DNA of 64,000 bases from Arthrobacter sp. (GTDB lineage: Bacteria; Actinomycetota; Actinomycetes; Actinomycetales; Micrococcaceae). Within the stretch, counting starts at the first letter, position 1, and each line of letters starts with the position of its first letter. Shown one piece after another: positions 43,887 through 54,652 of this stretch. The translations under genes were made by a program, and so were the position numbers. Below the pieces are notes generated by a model. It had not been told where the DNA came from. It saw nothing but the letters and a program-made list of their open reading frames with translations, and did not search any database. The stretch spans positions 23,950-87,949 of the forward strand of contig NZ_DALZXY010000002.1 of NCBI RefSeq assembly GCF_031988865.1. Reading direction: 5' to 3'.

Positions 43887-44843
43887 ATGTCACCAGAATC
43901 ACGCGCAGTCCGAACCATCACGGTGCCCACCGACGAACTCCTCGACGCACTCCTTCCGCTCCCGGCAGGGATCAGGGCGGGGGTCTGGGACCTGGTGGGC
44001 GAGCCACGCGGGCTGGACTACCAGGAGATCGACGCCGTCGTCACGCCTTACGCGTCTGCGTCCGACTGGCGCGACGGTGTGGCCCGCGTGCCGAACCTTT
44101 TACTCCTGCAGGCGCAGACCACCGGCCACGATGGGCTCCCGGAACTGGTGGGCGCAGGCACTGCGGTCGCCAGCGCTGCCGGTGTGCACGCCGCCGCGAC
44201 GGCAGAACTGGCAGTGGGCCTGATGCTCGCCTCGCTCCGGGGCATTGATGCGGCGGTCCGTGACCAGCAGGATGCCCATTGGAATCCCCAGCGCTATCCG
44301 GGCCTGGCCGACCGCCGGGTCCTGCTGGTTGGCGTGGGCGGCATTGGACAGGAGATCGCCGCGCGGCTGGCACCGTTTGAAGTGGAGCTCACCAGGGTGG
44401 GAAGCCGGGCGCGGGATGACGACGCCGGGCACATCCACGGCACGGATGAACTGGTGCAGCTTGCGGCCTCCGCTGACGTGCTGGTGCTGATCACTCCGCT
44501 GAACGAGCAGACCCGGCACCTGGTCGACAAGGCGGTGCTCGCGGCAATGCCGGACGGCGCCCTGGTGGTGAACGTGGCCCGCGGGGCGGTCATCGACACC
44601 GATGCCTTGACGGAGGAAGTGGTTTCGGGGCGTCTGAAGGCGGCCCTCGACGTCGTCGAACCGGAGCCGCTGCCCGCGGACCATCCGCTCTGGAAAGCAC
44701 CGAACGCTCTGCTGACCCCGCATGTGGGCGGGAACTCGGAGGCCTTTACCCCGCGGATCCAGGCGTTTCTGCGCCGGCAGGTCCGCAACCTGGCCGAAGG
44801 GCGGGAACCGCTCAACCTCGTTGCGCGGGGCCCCTGGGCCTGA
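43887..44843 (+). CDS. D-isomer-specific 2-hydroxyacid dehydrogenase family protein
   Basis: NAD-binding GVGGIGQEIAARL and a catalytic-region LTPHVGG. I chose the start MSPESRAV (ATG 43887), because the listed ORF start at 43749 runs through the tRNA-Leu gene and its terminator. Confidence 0.85.
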   Translation: MSPESRAVRTITVPTDELLDALLPLPAGIRAGVWDLVGEPRGLDYQEIDAVVTPYASASDWRDGVARVPNLLLLQAQTTGHDGLPELVGAGTAVASAAGVHAAATAELAVGLMLASLRGIDAAVRDQQDAHWNPQRYPGLADRRVLLVGVGGIGQEIAARLAPFEVELTRVGSRARDDDAGHIHGTDELVQLAASADVLVLITPLNEQTRHLVDKAVLAAMPDGALVVNVARGAVIDTDALTEEVVSGRLKAALDVVEPEPLPADHPLWKAPNALLTPHVGGNSEAFTPRIQAFLRRQVRNLAEGREPLNLVARGPWA

Positions 44844-44853
44844 TCCGGTCCGG

Positions 44854-45294
44854 CTAGGCCAGTTCCAGGAACGTGTCCAGGAACGAGTTGAAGTCCTCGT
44901 GGTCTTCGTCCTGGCGCAGCAGGCGGTGTGGTTCGCCGTCGCCCGCAGGGAACTCCGCCTTCGGCTCGACGCCGAAGCGGAAGATCCGGCCGGTGGTGGT
45001 CCCCACCTCATAGCTGCCCGGGGAAACTTCGTCGGTGTGCGAAAGGTTGGTCGTGTTAATCGCCGTCGGCGGTTCGAGGGCCTCGAAGGAGTCCGGGGCG
45101 AACGGTGCGAAGACCAGCTCCGGCGGCCGCCACCGGTACCCCACCACGTAGTAGGCGGCAGAACCGGGGACGGGGGTGGCGCAGACCAGGTTGTAGTCAC
45201 CGTAGTTTGGGATCTGTGAGTCGAAGACCCTGCGCAGCAGGGCCTTCAGGGCTTCGCTGGACTGACCTTCGGGGGAGCCTGGTTCCGGTGTCAT
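44854..45294 (-). CDS. Hypothetical protein (146 aa)
   Basis: This is the 3' part of the listed 817-aa ORF. The start is MTPEPGSPEG (ATG 45294, GGGGAG upstream). The composition is non-repetitive and protein-like (YYVVGYRWRPPELVFAPF..., acidic C-terminus). I recognise no family. Confidence 0.55.
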   Translation of the reverse strand: MTPEPGSPEGQSSEALKALLRRVFDSQIPNYGDYNLVCATPVPGSAAYYVVGYRWRPPELVFAPFAPDSFEALEPPTAINTTNLSHTDEVSPGSYEVGTTTGRIFRFGVEPKAEFPAGDGEPHRLLRQDEDHEDFNSFLDTFLELA

Positions 45295-45453
45295 ACTCCC
45301 CAGTCTATGGACAGGCACTCCCATCCGAGGAAGGCCACGGCCCCTCAGTCGGCCAGCCTTTCCCGTCTGCGTTGCGTAACCCGGGCGTAACAACCTGCGG
45401 CACGGGGCCCGCGGATGCGCCGGGGGGAGCGGCATGGGAATAGGATTTCCGGT

Positions 45454-47157
45454 ATGAGCATGGAGAACACCCCTGACATCAAACCCCGCAGCCGAGTTGT
45501 AACCGACGGTATCCATGCGGCGCCTGCGCGCGGCATGTTCCGTGCAGTTGGAATGGGAGATGACGACTTCGCCAAGCCGCAGATCGGCATCGCCAGTTCC
45601 TGGAATGAAATTACGCCGTGCAACCTGTCGCTGAACCGACTGGCCCAGGGCGCCAAGGAAGGCGTCCACGCAGGTGGCGGATTCCCGATGCAGTTCGGCA
45701 CCATTTCCGTCTCGGATGGAATCTCCATGGGCCATGAAGGCATGCACTTCTCGCTCGTTTCGCGTGAAGTCATTGCGGACTCGGTCGAAACGGTCATGAT
45801 GGCCGAGCGGCTGGACGGTTCGGTCCTCCTGGCCGGCTGTGACAAGTCGCTTCCCGGCATGCTGATGGCAGCCGCCCGCCTGGACCTCTCCAGCGTCTTC
45901 CTCTACGCCGGGTCGATCATGCCCGGCTTCGCCAAAATGGAAGACGGCACCGAACGCGAAGTCACCCTGATTGACGCCTTTGAAGCCGTCGGCGCCTGCG
46001 CCGCGGGCAAGATGAGCCTCAAGGACCTGGATACCATCGAACGCGCCATCTGCCCGGGCGAAGGCGCCTGCGGCGGTATGTACACCGCCAACACCATGGC
46101 CTGCATCGGCGAAGCCCTGGGCATGTCCCTTCCCGGCTCTGCCGCGCCGCCCTCGGCCGACCGCCGCCGCGACGAGTTCGCACGAAAGTCCGGCGAAGCC
46201 GTCGTGAACCTGCTGCGCAAGGGCATCACCGCCCGCGACATCATGACCAAGAAGGCCTTCGAAAACGCCATCGCCGTCACCATGGCCTTCGGCGGCTCCA
46301 CCAACGCCGTCCTGCACCTGCTGGCCATCGCCCGCGAAGCCGAAGTGGAGCTCACGCTCGAGGACTTCAACCGCATCGGCGACAAGATCCCGCACCTGGG
46401 CGACCTGAAGCCGTTCGGCCGGTACGTGATGTTCGACGTCGACAAGATCGGCGGCGTGCCGGTCATCATGAAGGCACTGCTCGACGCCGGCCTGCTGCAC
46501 GGCGACTGCCTCACCGTCACGGGCAAGACCGTGGCCGAAAACCTGGAAGCCATCAACCCGCCGGATCCGGACGGAAAGGTGCTCCGCGCACTCGACAACC
46601 CGATCCACAAGACCGGCGGCATCACCGTCCTGCACGGTTCCATGGCTCCCGAAGGTGCCGTCGTCAAGAGCGCAGGGTTCGACGCCGATGTCTTCGAAGG
46701 CACCGCCCGCGTCTTCGAGCGCGAGCAGGGAGCCCTGGACGCGCTCGACGCCGGAGCAATCCACGCCGGCGACGTCGTCGTTATCCGTTACGAAGGACCC
46801 AAGGGTGGGCCGGGCATGCGCGAAATGCTCGCCATCACCGGTGCGATCAAGGGCGCCGGGCTGGGCAAGGATGTCCTGCTGCTCACCGACGGGCGGTTCT
46901 CCGGCGGCACGACCGGGCTGTGCATCGGCCACGTTGCACCGGAAGCGGTCGACGGCGGCCCCATCGCCTTCGTGAAGGACGGGGACCGGATCCGCGTGGA
47001 CATCGCGGCCCGCAGCTTCGATCTGCTGGTGGAACCGGAAGAACTCGAAAGCCGCAAGATCGGCTGGGAGCCGCTGCCGGCGAAGTTCACCAAGGGTGTC
47101 CTGGCCAAGTACGCCAAGATGGTCAACTCGGCTTCCACGGGCGCTTACTGCGGTTGA
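45454..47157 (+). CDS. ilvD: Dihydroxy-acid dehydratase
   Basis: [19 protein letters not shown]..., CDKSLPGM cluster-binding motif, [14 protein letters not shown]. 567 aa from ATG 45454. Confidence 0.95.
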   Translation: MSMENTPDIKPRSRVVTDGIHAAPARGMFRAVGMGDDDFAKPQIGIASSWNEITPCNLSLNRLAQGAKEGVHAGGGFPMQFGTISVSDGISMGHEGMHFSLVSREVIADSVETVMMAERLDGSVLLAGCDKSLPGMLMAAARLDLSSVFLYAGSIMPGFAKMEDGTEREVTLIDAFEAVGACAAGKMSLKDLDTIERAICPGEGACGGMYTANTMACIGEALGMSLPGSAAPPSADRRRDEFARKSGEAVVNLLRKGITARDIMTKKAFENAIAVTMAFGGSTNAVLHLLAIAREAEVELTLEDFNRIGDKIPHLGDLKPFGRYVMFDVDKIGGVPVIMKALLDAGLLHGDCLTVTGKTVAENLEAINPPDPDGKVLRALDNPIHKTGGITVLHGSMAPEGAVVKSAGFDADVFEGTARVFEREQGALDALDAGAIHAGDVVVIRYEGPKGGPGMREMLAITGAIKGAGLGKDVLLLTDGRFSGGTTGLCIGHVAPEAVDGGPIAFVKDGDRIRVDIAARSFDLLVEPEELESRKIGWEPLPAKFTKGVLAKYAKMVNSASTGAYCG

Positions 47158-47219
47158 AACCCCTCCCCACGGACACCCGCTGGCGCGGATGTCCGTGGGG
47201 CCCCTAAGGGGTTTCAACC
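47152..47219 (+). terminator. Compound (nested) hairpin overlapping the ilvD stop codon
   Basis: Outer arms GGTTGAAACCCCT (47152-64) and AGGGGTTTCAACC (47207-19). Inner arms CCCCACGGACA (47165-75) and TGTCCGTGGGG (47190-200). Confidence 0.6.
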
Positions 47220-47226
47220 TTATTAA

Positions 47227-47350
47227 GCCCTGCCGCCTCTGGGGGCATGCTTCAAAACCCGCTAGCGCGGAGTGGGAGCCCTGCCGCCTCTGGGGGGCAT
47301 GCTTCAAAACCCGCTAGCGCGGAGTGGGAGCCCTGCCGCATTTGGTGGCG
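47227..47350. repeat. Tandem direct repeat, 51/52-nt unit, 2 full copies plus a degenerate third
   Basis: The unit is GCCCTGCCGCCTCTGGGGGCATGCTTCAAAACCCGCTAGCGCGGAGTGGGA. It occurs at 47227-47277, and again at 47278-47329 (identical except for one extra G in the G run). A partial copy follows from 47330. Confidence 0.9.
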
Positions 47351-47442
47351 CCTGTGTCCAGAAGGTGGAACTGATGTCCATATAATGAGACGGTAAAGCC
47401 TCCGGTTGACACTGGAACCGGGGGAGGGGAAGACTGAGCAGT

Positions 47443-47484
47443 ATGCAGATCGTAACCGTCGTCCTTACCAAGCGCGTGGCGTAA
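47443..47484 (+). CDS. Candidate ilvB leader peptide (13 aa, [13 protein letters not shown])
   Basis: 6 of 13 residues are Ile/Val/Leu. It lies about 50 nt downstream of a perfect TATAAT (47381-86), 165 nt upstream of ilvB, and just before a hairpin plus T7 run. The SD is only moderate (GGAGG 15 nt upstream). Confidence 0.55.
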   Translation: MQIVTVVLTKRVA

Positions 47485-47515
47485 CAGCCCGACTTGTCGA
47501 AGACGTCACGCGCGG

Positions 47516-47551
47516 ACCCCTACGGAGCCAACAGGCACGAGGGGTTTTTTT
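47516..47551 (+). terminator. Candidate attenuator terminator in the ilvB leader
   Basis: ACCCCT(a)CG...CG-AGGGGT is a stem of about 8 bp with one bulge, followed by TTTTTTT (47545-51). An alternative upstream pairing, CGCGTG (47473-78) with CACGCG (47507-12), overlaps the leader-peptide stop. Confidence 0.5.
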
Positions 47552-47648
47552 ATTGGCTTCAGAAAGCACAAAGGCCGAACCGGGCCGACCGCCCGGGCAG
47601 CCGCCGCATCAGAACAACATGGATATGTATCCGCAAAGGAAGTTTCCG

Positions 47649-49556
47649 ATGAGTAAGGGATCGCCAATCAGCCCCTCGCTGATGGCACAGAAGGCAGGCC
47701 CGGCCCGGACCGTGCATGCCAAGAACAAAGATGCAGCATTCCCTGTAGCGGCCACCGCTGAAGCCATGGACACCCGCGTCCAAGGTCCGAACAACGTAGT
47801 ACCCCCGACGGAGATGACCGGCTCGCAGGCCATTGTCCGTTCGCTGGAAGAGCTCGGAGTCGACGACGTCTTCGGCCTTCCGGGCGGCGCAATCCTGCCG
47901 ACCTACGACCCGCTGATGGATTCCAAAAAGCTGCGGCACATCCTGGTCCGGCATGAGCAGGGCGCCGGCCACGCAGCCGAAGGCTACGCCATGGTCACCG
48001 GCCGCGCCGGTGTCTGCATCGCGACCTCCGGTCCCGGTGCCACCAACCTGGTCACCGCCATCGCCGACGCCCACATGGACTCCGTGCCCATGGTCGCGAT
48101 CACCGGCCAGGTCTCGAGCACCGTCATCGGTTCCGACGCCTTCCAGGAAGCCGACATCGTGGGCATCACGATGCCGATCACCAAGCACTCCTACCTGGTG
48201 ACCAACGCCGACGACATCCCCCGGGTGCTGGCCGAGGCCTTCCACATCGCCACCAGCGGCCGCCCCGGCCCGGTGCTGGTGGATATCACCAAGGACGCCC
48301 AGCAGGGCAAAACCACCTTCTCCTGGCCGCCGAAGATCGACCTGCCGGGCTACCGAACGGTGGTCCGCGGACACTCCAAGCAGGTGCGGGAGGCTTCGCG
48401 GCTGATTGCGGCTGCCCAGCGTCCGGTGTTCTACGTAGGCGGCGGCGTCCTGAAGGCCAATGCCTCGGCCGAACTGCTGGAACTGGCCGAGACCGTCGGT
48501 GCTCCCGTGGTGACCACCCTGATGGCCCGCGGTGTGTTCCCCGATTCCCATCCGCAGCACGTCGGTATGCCCGGCATGCACGGTTCGGTCTCGGCTGTGA
48601 CGGCGCTGCAGCAGTCCGACCTGCTCATCACCCTCGGCGCGCGGTTCGATGACCGCGTCACCGGTGTCCTGAGCACCTTCGCACCCAATGCCAAGGTCAT
48701 CCACGCGGACATCGATCCGGCGGAAATTTCCAAGAACCGGACCGCGGACGTTCCGATCGTTGGCTCGGTCAAGGAGATCATTCCCGAACTGACCGATGCC
48801 GTCCGCGCCCAGTTCGAGACGTCCGGCACGCCGGACATCGCCCCGTGGTGGTCGGTCATTTCGCGGCTGCGCGAAACCTATCCGACGGGCTGGACCGAAC
48901 CCGAAGACGGCCACATCGCACCCCAGCAGGTCATCAAGCGGATCGGTGAACTGACCGGACCCGAAGGCGTGTACGTGGCCGGTGTAGGCCAGCACCAGAT
49001 GTGGACCGCCCAGTTCATCAACTACGAACGTCCCCGCGCCTGGCTGAACTCCGGCGGCTTGGGCACCATGGGCTATTCGGTGCCCGCAGCGATGGGTGCC
49101 AAGGTCGGCGACCCGGACCGCGTGGTGTGGGCGATCGACGGCGACGGCTGTTTCCAGATGACCAACCAGGAACTGGCCACCTGCCTGATCAACAACATCC
49201 CGATCAAGGTCGCCATCATCAACAACTCCTCCCTCGGCATGGTGCGCCAGTGGCAGACACTCTTCTACGAGTCCCGCTACTCCAACACCGACCTGAACAC
49301 CGGCCATGACACGGTCCGGGTGCCGGACTTCGTGAAGCTGGCAGACGCCTACGGCTGTGTTGGCCTGCGCTGCGAACGCGAAGAGGACATCGACGCCACC
49401 ATCAAGCAGGCACTGGAAATCAACGACCGGCCCGTGGTCATCGACTTTGTGGTCAGCCGCGACTCCATGGTGTGGCCGATGGTCCCGACCGGGGTCAGCA
49501 ACGACCTCATCCAGATTGCCCGCAACATGACGCCCACCTGGGAAGAGGAGGAGTAG
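47649..49556 (+). CDS. ilvB: Acetolactate synthase (acetohydroxy-acid synthase) large subunit
   Basis: TPP motif [17 protein letters not shown]...[17 protein letters not shown] chose the start MSKGSPISP (ATG 47649), preceded by AAGGAAG. The listed ORF starts at a TTG at 47406 and would swallow the leader. Confidence 0.95.
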   Translation: MSKGSPISPSLMAQKAGPARTVHAKNKDAAFPVAATAEAMDTRVQGPNNVVPPTEMTGSQAIVRSLEELGVDDVFGLPGGAILPTYDPLMDSKKLRHILVRHEQGAGHAAEGYAMVTGRAGVCIATSGPGATNLVTAIADAHMDSVPMVAITGQVSSTVIGSDAFQEADIVGITMPITKHSYLVTNADDIPRVLAEAFHIATSGRPGPVLVDITKDAQQGKTTFSWPPKIDLPGYRTVVRGHSKQVREASRLIAAAQRPVFYVGGGVLKANASAELLELAETVGAPVVTTLMARGVFPDSHPQHVGMPGMHGSVSAVTALQQSDLLITLGARFDDRVTGVLSTFAPNAKVIHADIDPAEISKNRTADVPIVGSVKEIIPELTDAVRAQFETSGTPDIAPWWSVISRLRETYPTGWTEPEDGHIAPQQVIKRIGELTGPEGVYVAGVGQHQMWTAQFINYERPRAWLNSGGLGTMGYSVPAAMGAKVGDPDRVVWAIDGDGCFQMTNQELATCLINNIPIKVAIINNSSLGMVRQWQTLFYESRYSNTDLNTGHDTVRVPDFVKLADAYGCVGLRCEREEDIDATIKQALEINDRPVVIDFVVSRDSMVWPMVPTGVSNDLIQIARNMTPTWEEEE

Positions 49557-49560
49557 GGAC

Positions 49561-50073
49561 ATGGCACGCCACACCCTTTCCGTGCTGGTCGAAGACGTCC
49601 CGGGTGTCCTCACCCGCGTTGCGTCCCTGTTCGCCCGCCGGGCGTTCAACATCAATTCTTTGGCCGTTGGCCCCTCGGAGGTTGCCGGGCTGTCCCGCAT
49701 CACCGTGGTGGTCGAGGCCGAGGGCGATCTGCTCGAGCAGGTCACCAAACAACTGAACAAGCTCGTCAACGTCATCAAAATTGTTGAGCTGGTTCCCGAG
49801 TCTTCCGTGCAACGCGACCACATCTTGGTCAAGGTTCGCGCGGATGCCGCAACCCGGCTGCAGGTAACCCAGGCAGCCGAGCTGTTCCGTGCTTCAGTGG
49901 TAGATGTGTCCACAGACTCCCTGATCGTTGAAGCAACAGGCACCGCCGAAAAGCTCAATGCACTGCTTTCAGTGCTGGAGCCCTTTGGCATCCGCGAAAT
50001 TGTTCAATCCGGAACGCTGGCCATTGGCCGCGGCGCGAAGTCCATGAGTGACCGCGCGCTGCGCAGCGCCTAG
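49561..50073 (+). CDS. ilvN: Acetolactate synthase small (regulatory) subunit
   Basis: N-terminal ACT domain HTLSVLVEDVPGVLTRVASLFARRAFNINSLAVG. It starts 4 nt after ilvB. Confidence 0.95.
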   Translation: MARHTLSVLVEDVPGVLTRVASLFARRAFNINSLAVGPSEVAGLSRITVVVEAEGDLLEQVTKQLNKLVNVIKIVELVPESSVQRDHILVKVRADAATRLQVTQAAELFRASVVDVSTDSLIVEATGTAEKLNALLSVLEPFGIREIVQSGTLAIGRGAKSMSDRALRSA

Positions 50074-51147
<1,074 letters not shown>

Positions 51148-51225
51148 TTCCACCAGTAATAAAGACGCGGATTCTCCGTGTCAATATCCGGCGCGCTAGG
51201 CTAAAAAAGCAAGCCGTTTCGGTAA

Positions 51226-51257
51226 GGAGGCCGGGCCCGGCAACGGGTCCGGCCTCC
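51226..51257 (+). terminator. GC hairpin after ilvC
   Basis: GGAGGCCGGGCC-8 nt-GGTCCGGCCTCC forms 12 bp with one G-U pair. No U tract. Confidence 0.5.
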
Positions 51258-51304
51258 GGCGTGAATACCCAAACCACATCGACACACAGCTAAAGAGGTC
51301 ATCG

Positions 51305-52900
51305 GTGACTGCCACCAAACCAGTAGTACTCCTCGCGGAGGAACTTTCGCCTGCCACGGTTGAGGCCCTCGGCCCCGATTTCGAGATCCGCCAGACCGAC
51401 GGAGCTGACCGTTCCCAGCTGCTCTCCGCCATTGCTGACGTCGACGCCATCCTGGTCCGCTCGGCCACCCAGGTCGACGCCGAAGCAATTGCCGCCGCAA
51501 AGAACCTCAAGGTCATTGCCCGTGCGGGTGTCGGCCTCGACAACGTCGACATCCGGGCGGCCACCCAGGCCGGCGTGATGGTGGTCAACGCACCGACGTC
51601 GAACATCATCTCCGCCGCGGAACTGACCGTGGGCCACATCATCTCCCTGGCCCGCCACATTCCGCAGGCCTCCGCCGCGCTCAAGGGCGGGGAATGGAAG
51701 CGGTCCAAGTACACCGGCATCGAGCTCTTCGAGAAGAAGGTCGGCATCATCGGCCTTGGCCGGATCGGCGCGCTGGTCGCCGCCCGGGTGCAGGGCTTCG
51801 GCACCGAAGTCCTGGCCTACGATCCGTACATCACCTCGGCCCGCGCCGCCCAGCTGAACGTCAAGCTGGTCACGCTGGATGAGCTGCTGGAGCAGTCGGA
51901 CTTCGTCACCATCCACATGCCCAAGACTCCGGAAACCGTGGGTATGCTCGGCGCCGACGCGTTCGAGAAGATGAAGGAAACGGCCTACGTGGTGAACGTG
52001 GCCCGCGGCGGTCTCGTAGACGAGGAAGCCCTGTACACGGCCCTCACCGAAGGCAAGATCGCCGGCGCCGGCGTTGATGTTTTCGTCAAGGAACCCAGCA
52101 CCGACCTGCCGTTTATGTCCCTGGACAACGTCATCGTCACCCCGCACCTGGGCGCCTCCACCGACGAGGCGCAGGAAAAGGCCGGCATCTCCGTCGCCAA
52201 GTCCGTGCGCCTGGCCCTGGCCGGTGAACTGGTGCCCGACGCCGTGAACGTTGCCGGCGGCGTCATCGCCGAAGACGTCCGCCCGGGCATCCCGCTGATC
52301 GAAAAGCTGGGCCGGATCTTCACCGCCCTGGCCCACGATTCGATGACCGCCATCGACATCGAGGTGGCCGGCGAAATTGCCTCCCTGGACGTCAAGGCCC
52401 TGGAGCTGGCCGCACTGAAGGGCATCTTCACCGACATCGTCTCCGAGCAGGTTTCCTACGTGAATGCCCCGGTGCTCGCCGAGCAGCGCGGTATTGACGT
52501 GCGCCTGCTCACCACCCCCGACGTCGACGACTACCGCAACCTGCTGACCATCCGCGGCGCCCTCTCCGACGGCACCCAGCTCGAGGTCGCCGGCACCCTG
52601 ACAGGTCCGAAGCAGATCCAGAAGCTGGTGGGCGTCAACGGCTATGAGCTGGAGATCCCGATCAGCGAGCACCTGCTGGTGCTGATCTACCAGGACCGTC
52701 CCGGCGTCATCGGCTCCCTCGGCCGGATCCTGGGTGAACAGGACATCAACATCGCCGGTATGCAGGTGGCCCGGAACAGTGAGGGCGGCCAGGCGCTGTC
52801 CCTGCTGACCGTGGATTCCTCCGTGCCGCAGGACGTGCTGGAATCGCTCCGCGACGCCATCGGTGCCACCGTGGCCCGCGAAGTGGACCTGCAGGACTAA
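51305..52900 (+). CDS. serA: D-3-phosphoglycerate dehydrogenase (long form with ACT domain)
   Basis: 531 aa. NAD-binding GIIGLGRIGALVAARV, catalytic-region TPHLGAST, C-terminal ACT region. GTG start. Confidence 0.95.
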   Translation: MTATKPVVLLAEELSPATVEALGPDFEIRQTDGADRSQLLSAIADVDAILVRSATQVDAEAIAAAKNLKVIARAGVGLDNVDIRAATQAGVMVVNAPTSNIISAAELTVGHIISLARHIPQASAALKGGEWKRSKYTGIELFEKKVGIIGLGRIGALVAARVQGFGTEVLAYDPYITSARAAQLNVKLVTLDELLEQSDFVTIHMPKTPETVGMLGADAFEKMKETAYVVNVARGGLVDEEALYTALTEGKIAGAGVDVFVKEPSTDLPFMSLDNVIVTPHLGASTDEAQEKAGISVAKSVRLALAGELVPDAVNVAGGVIAEDVRPGIPLIEKLGRIFTALAHDSMTAIDIEVAGEIASLDVKALELAALKGIFTDIVSEQVSYVNAPVLAEQRGIDVRLLTTPDVDDYRNLLTIRGALSDGTQLEVAGTLTGPKQIQKLVGVNGYELEIPISEHLLVLIYQDRPGVIGSLGRILGEQDINIAGMQVARNSEGGQALSLLTVDSSVPQDVLESLRDAIGATVAREVDLQD

Positions 52901-52918
52901 TCCCGCAGCGATTTGCCT

Positions 52919-52951
52919 GGAGGCCGGTCCCGCACGGGGCCGGCCTCCTTT
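52919..52951 (+). terminator. Terminator after serA
   Basis: GGAGGCCGGTCCC-gcac-GGGGCCGGCCTCC is followed by TTT. Confidence 0.6.
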
Positions 52952-53004
52952 GCGCTGGGCGACCCAGTGCGACAACCGGAGCTCAAACAGGGTAATTTTC
53001 TAGT

Positions 53005-54564
53005 GTGACTTCTTCCGAACCCCAGACTCCGTTCTACATCACCACTGCAATCTCCTATCCCAACGGCACGCCCCACATCGGCCACGCCTGGGAAGCGATC
53101 GCTGCTGACGCGATGGCCCGCTTCAAGCGGCTGGACGGATACGACGTTTTCTTCATGACCGGCACCGATGAGCACGGGCAGAAGATGCAGCAGTCCGCGG
53201 ACCGGGAGGGCATTCCGGTCAAGGAACTGGCGGACCGTAACTCCGCTGCCTTCCGGCAGATGAACGATGACCTCGGGACCACGTACAACCGGTTCATGCG
53301 CACCACCGACGCCGATCACAAAGCTGCTGCCCAGGCCATCTGGAAGCGGATGGAGGAAAACGGGGACATCTACCTCTCCAAGTACGCCGGCTGGTACTCC
53401 GTACGGGACGAGGCCTACTACGGCGAAGACGAAACCGAACTGCGCGAGGACGGAATCCGTTACTCCAAGACGACGGACACTGAGCTGACCTGGACCGAGG
53501 AGGAGAGCTACTTCTTCCGGCTCTCCAACTACCAGGACAAACTCCTGGCCCTGTACGAGGAGCAGCCGGACTTCGCCGCTCCGCGTTCACGTTTCAATGA
53601 GGTGATCAGCTTCGTCAAGGGCGGGCTGGAGGACCTCTCCATTTCCCGGACCACCTTCGACTGGGGGATCCCGGTACCGGGCAACCCGGACCACGTGATG
53701 TACGTGTGGGTGGATGCGCTGACCAACTACCTGACCGGCGTCGGCTTCCCGGACACCGAGTCGGAATCGTTCAAGAAGTACTGGCCGGCGGACGTGCACG
53801 TGATCGGCAAGGACATCTCCCGCTTCCACGCGATCTTCTGGCCGGCGTTCCTGATGTCCGCCGGACTGGAACTGCCCAAGCGCGTGATGATCCACGGCTT
53901 CCTGCACAACAAGGGCGTGAAGATGTCCAAGTCGCTGGGCAATGTTGTGGCGCCCGCGGAGTGGGTGGAGCAGTACGGGCTCGACGCCGTGCGGTTCTTC
54001 CTGCTGCGGGAAGTGCCTTTCGGCGGTGACGGCTCCTACAGCCACGAGGCAATCGTCGGCCGGATGAACGCGGACCTGGCGAACAATCTGGGCAACCTGG
54101 CCCAGCGTTCCCTGTCCATGGTCGCGAAGAACTGCGGTGCCGCTGTTCCCGAGCCGGGGGAGTTCACGCCCGAGGACGAGGCGCTCCTTGCCGCCGCGCG
54201 CGGCCTGCTGCAGGTTTCCCGCGAGGCCTACGACGTCCAGGACTTCCACGGCGCGCTCGAGGCAACCTGGAAGGTCCTCGGCGACACCAACGCCTACTTC
54301 GCTGAGCAGGCACCGTGGGTGCTGCGCAAGACCGACGTCGAGCGCATGAACACGGTGCTGTACGTAACGCTGGAAGTGCTGCGGATCGTGGCCATCCTGG
54401 CGCAGCCGGTGATGCCCGGAAGCGCCGGGAAGCTGCTTGACGTTCTCGGCCAGCCCGAGGGCGTTGCCCGGACGTTTGCTGCGCTTCCGACCCCGCTGGT
54501 TCCCGGAACCGCGCTGCCGGCCCCGGCTCCGATCTTCCCGAAGTACGAGGAACCGGCGGAGTAG
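53005..54564 (+). CDS. metG: Methionine--tRNA ligase (short form)
   Basis: HIGH motif (PHIGHAWE) and KMSKS motif (VKMSKSLGN). 519 aa, GTG start. Confidence 0.95.
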   Translation: MTSSEPQTPFYITTAISYPNGTPHIGHAWEAIAADAMARFKRLDGYDVFFMTGTDEHGQKMQQSADREGIPVKELADRNSAAFRQMNDDLGTTYNRFMRTTDADHKAAAQAIWKRMEENGDIYLSKYAGWYSVRDEAYYGEDETELREDGIRYSKTTDTELTWTEEESYFFRLSNYQDKLLALYEEQPDFAAPRSRFNEVISFVKGGLEDLSISRTTFDWGIPVPGNPDHVMYVWVDALTNYLTGVGFPDTESESFKKYWPADVHVIGKDISRFHAIFWPAFLMSAGLELPKRVMIHGFLHNKGVKMSKSLGNVVAPAEWVEQYGLDAVRFFLLREVPFGGDGSYSHEAIVGRMNADLANNLGNLAQRSLSMVAKNCGAAVPEPGEFTPEDEALLAAARGLLQVSREAYDVQDFHGALEATWKVLGDTNAYFAEQAPWVLRKTDVERMNTVLYVTLEVLRIVAILAQPVMPGSAGKLLDVLGQPEGVARTFAALPTPLVPGTALPAPAPIFPKYEEPAE

Positions 54565-54578
54565 TTTCCGCATTGGGC

Positions 54579-54623
54579 AAAAAAGCAGAAGGTGGCAGGC
54601 TGTCCGGCCACCTTCTGCTTTTT
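54579..54623. terminator. Bidirectional terminator between convergent metG and the hypothetical gene
   Basis: AAAAAA-GCAGAAGGTGGC-10 nt-GCCACCTTCTGC-TTTTT. Confidence 0.75.
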
Positions 54624-54652
54624 GTTTAACGGGATATTGGACGTGGAATCGG

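Noticed and set aside
45295-47307. Upstream 670 codons of the 817-aa minus-strand ORF.
   Set aside because: It lies exactly antisense to ilvD, whose plus-strand product has unmistakable dihydroxy-acid dehydratase motifs. The minus-strand translation is Gly/Arg/Ala/Asp-rich with no motifs. This is the typical stop-codon-poor shadow frame of GC-rich DNA.
47227-47350. Tandem repeat considered as a CRISPR array.
   Set aside because: The units abut directly with no spacers. There are only about 2.3 copies, the unit is 51-52 nt, and no cas genes are in the window.
47559-49991. 810-aa minus-strand ORF.
   Set aside because: It is the antisense shadow of ilvB/ilvN. The plus strand carries the TPP-binding and ACT-domain motifs. 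The same reasoning applies to 50119..51153 (ilvC), 51299..52975 (serA), 53587..54768 (metG) and 62292..63479 (ilvE).
51226-52951. Shared GGAGGCCGG...CCGGCCTCC stems at the ilvC and serA terminators (and a similar one at 8933-8952), considered as a REP-like repeat family.
   Set aside because: The shared part is only about 9-12 nt of GC-rich stem. Loops and flanks differ. That is not enough to distinguish from convergent terminator composition without a genome-wide count.
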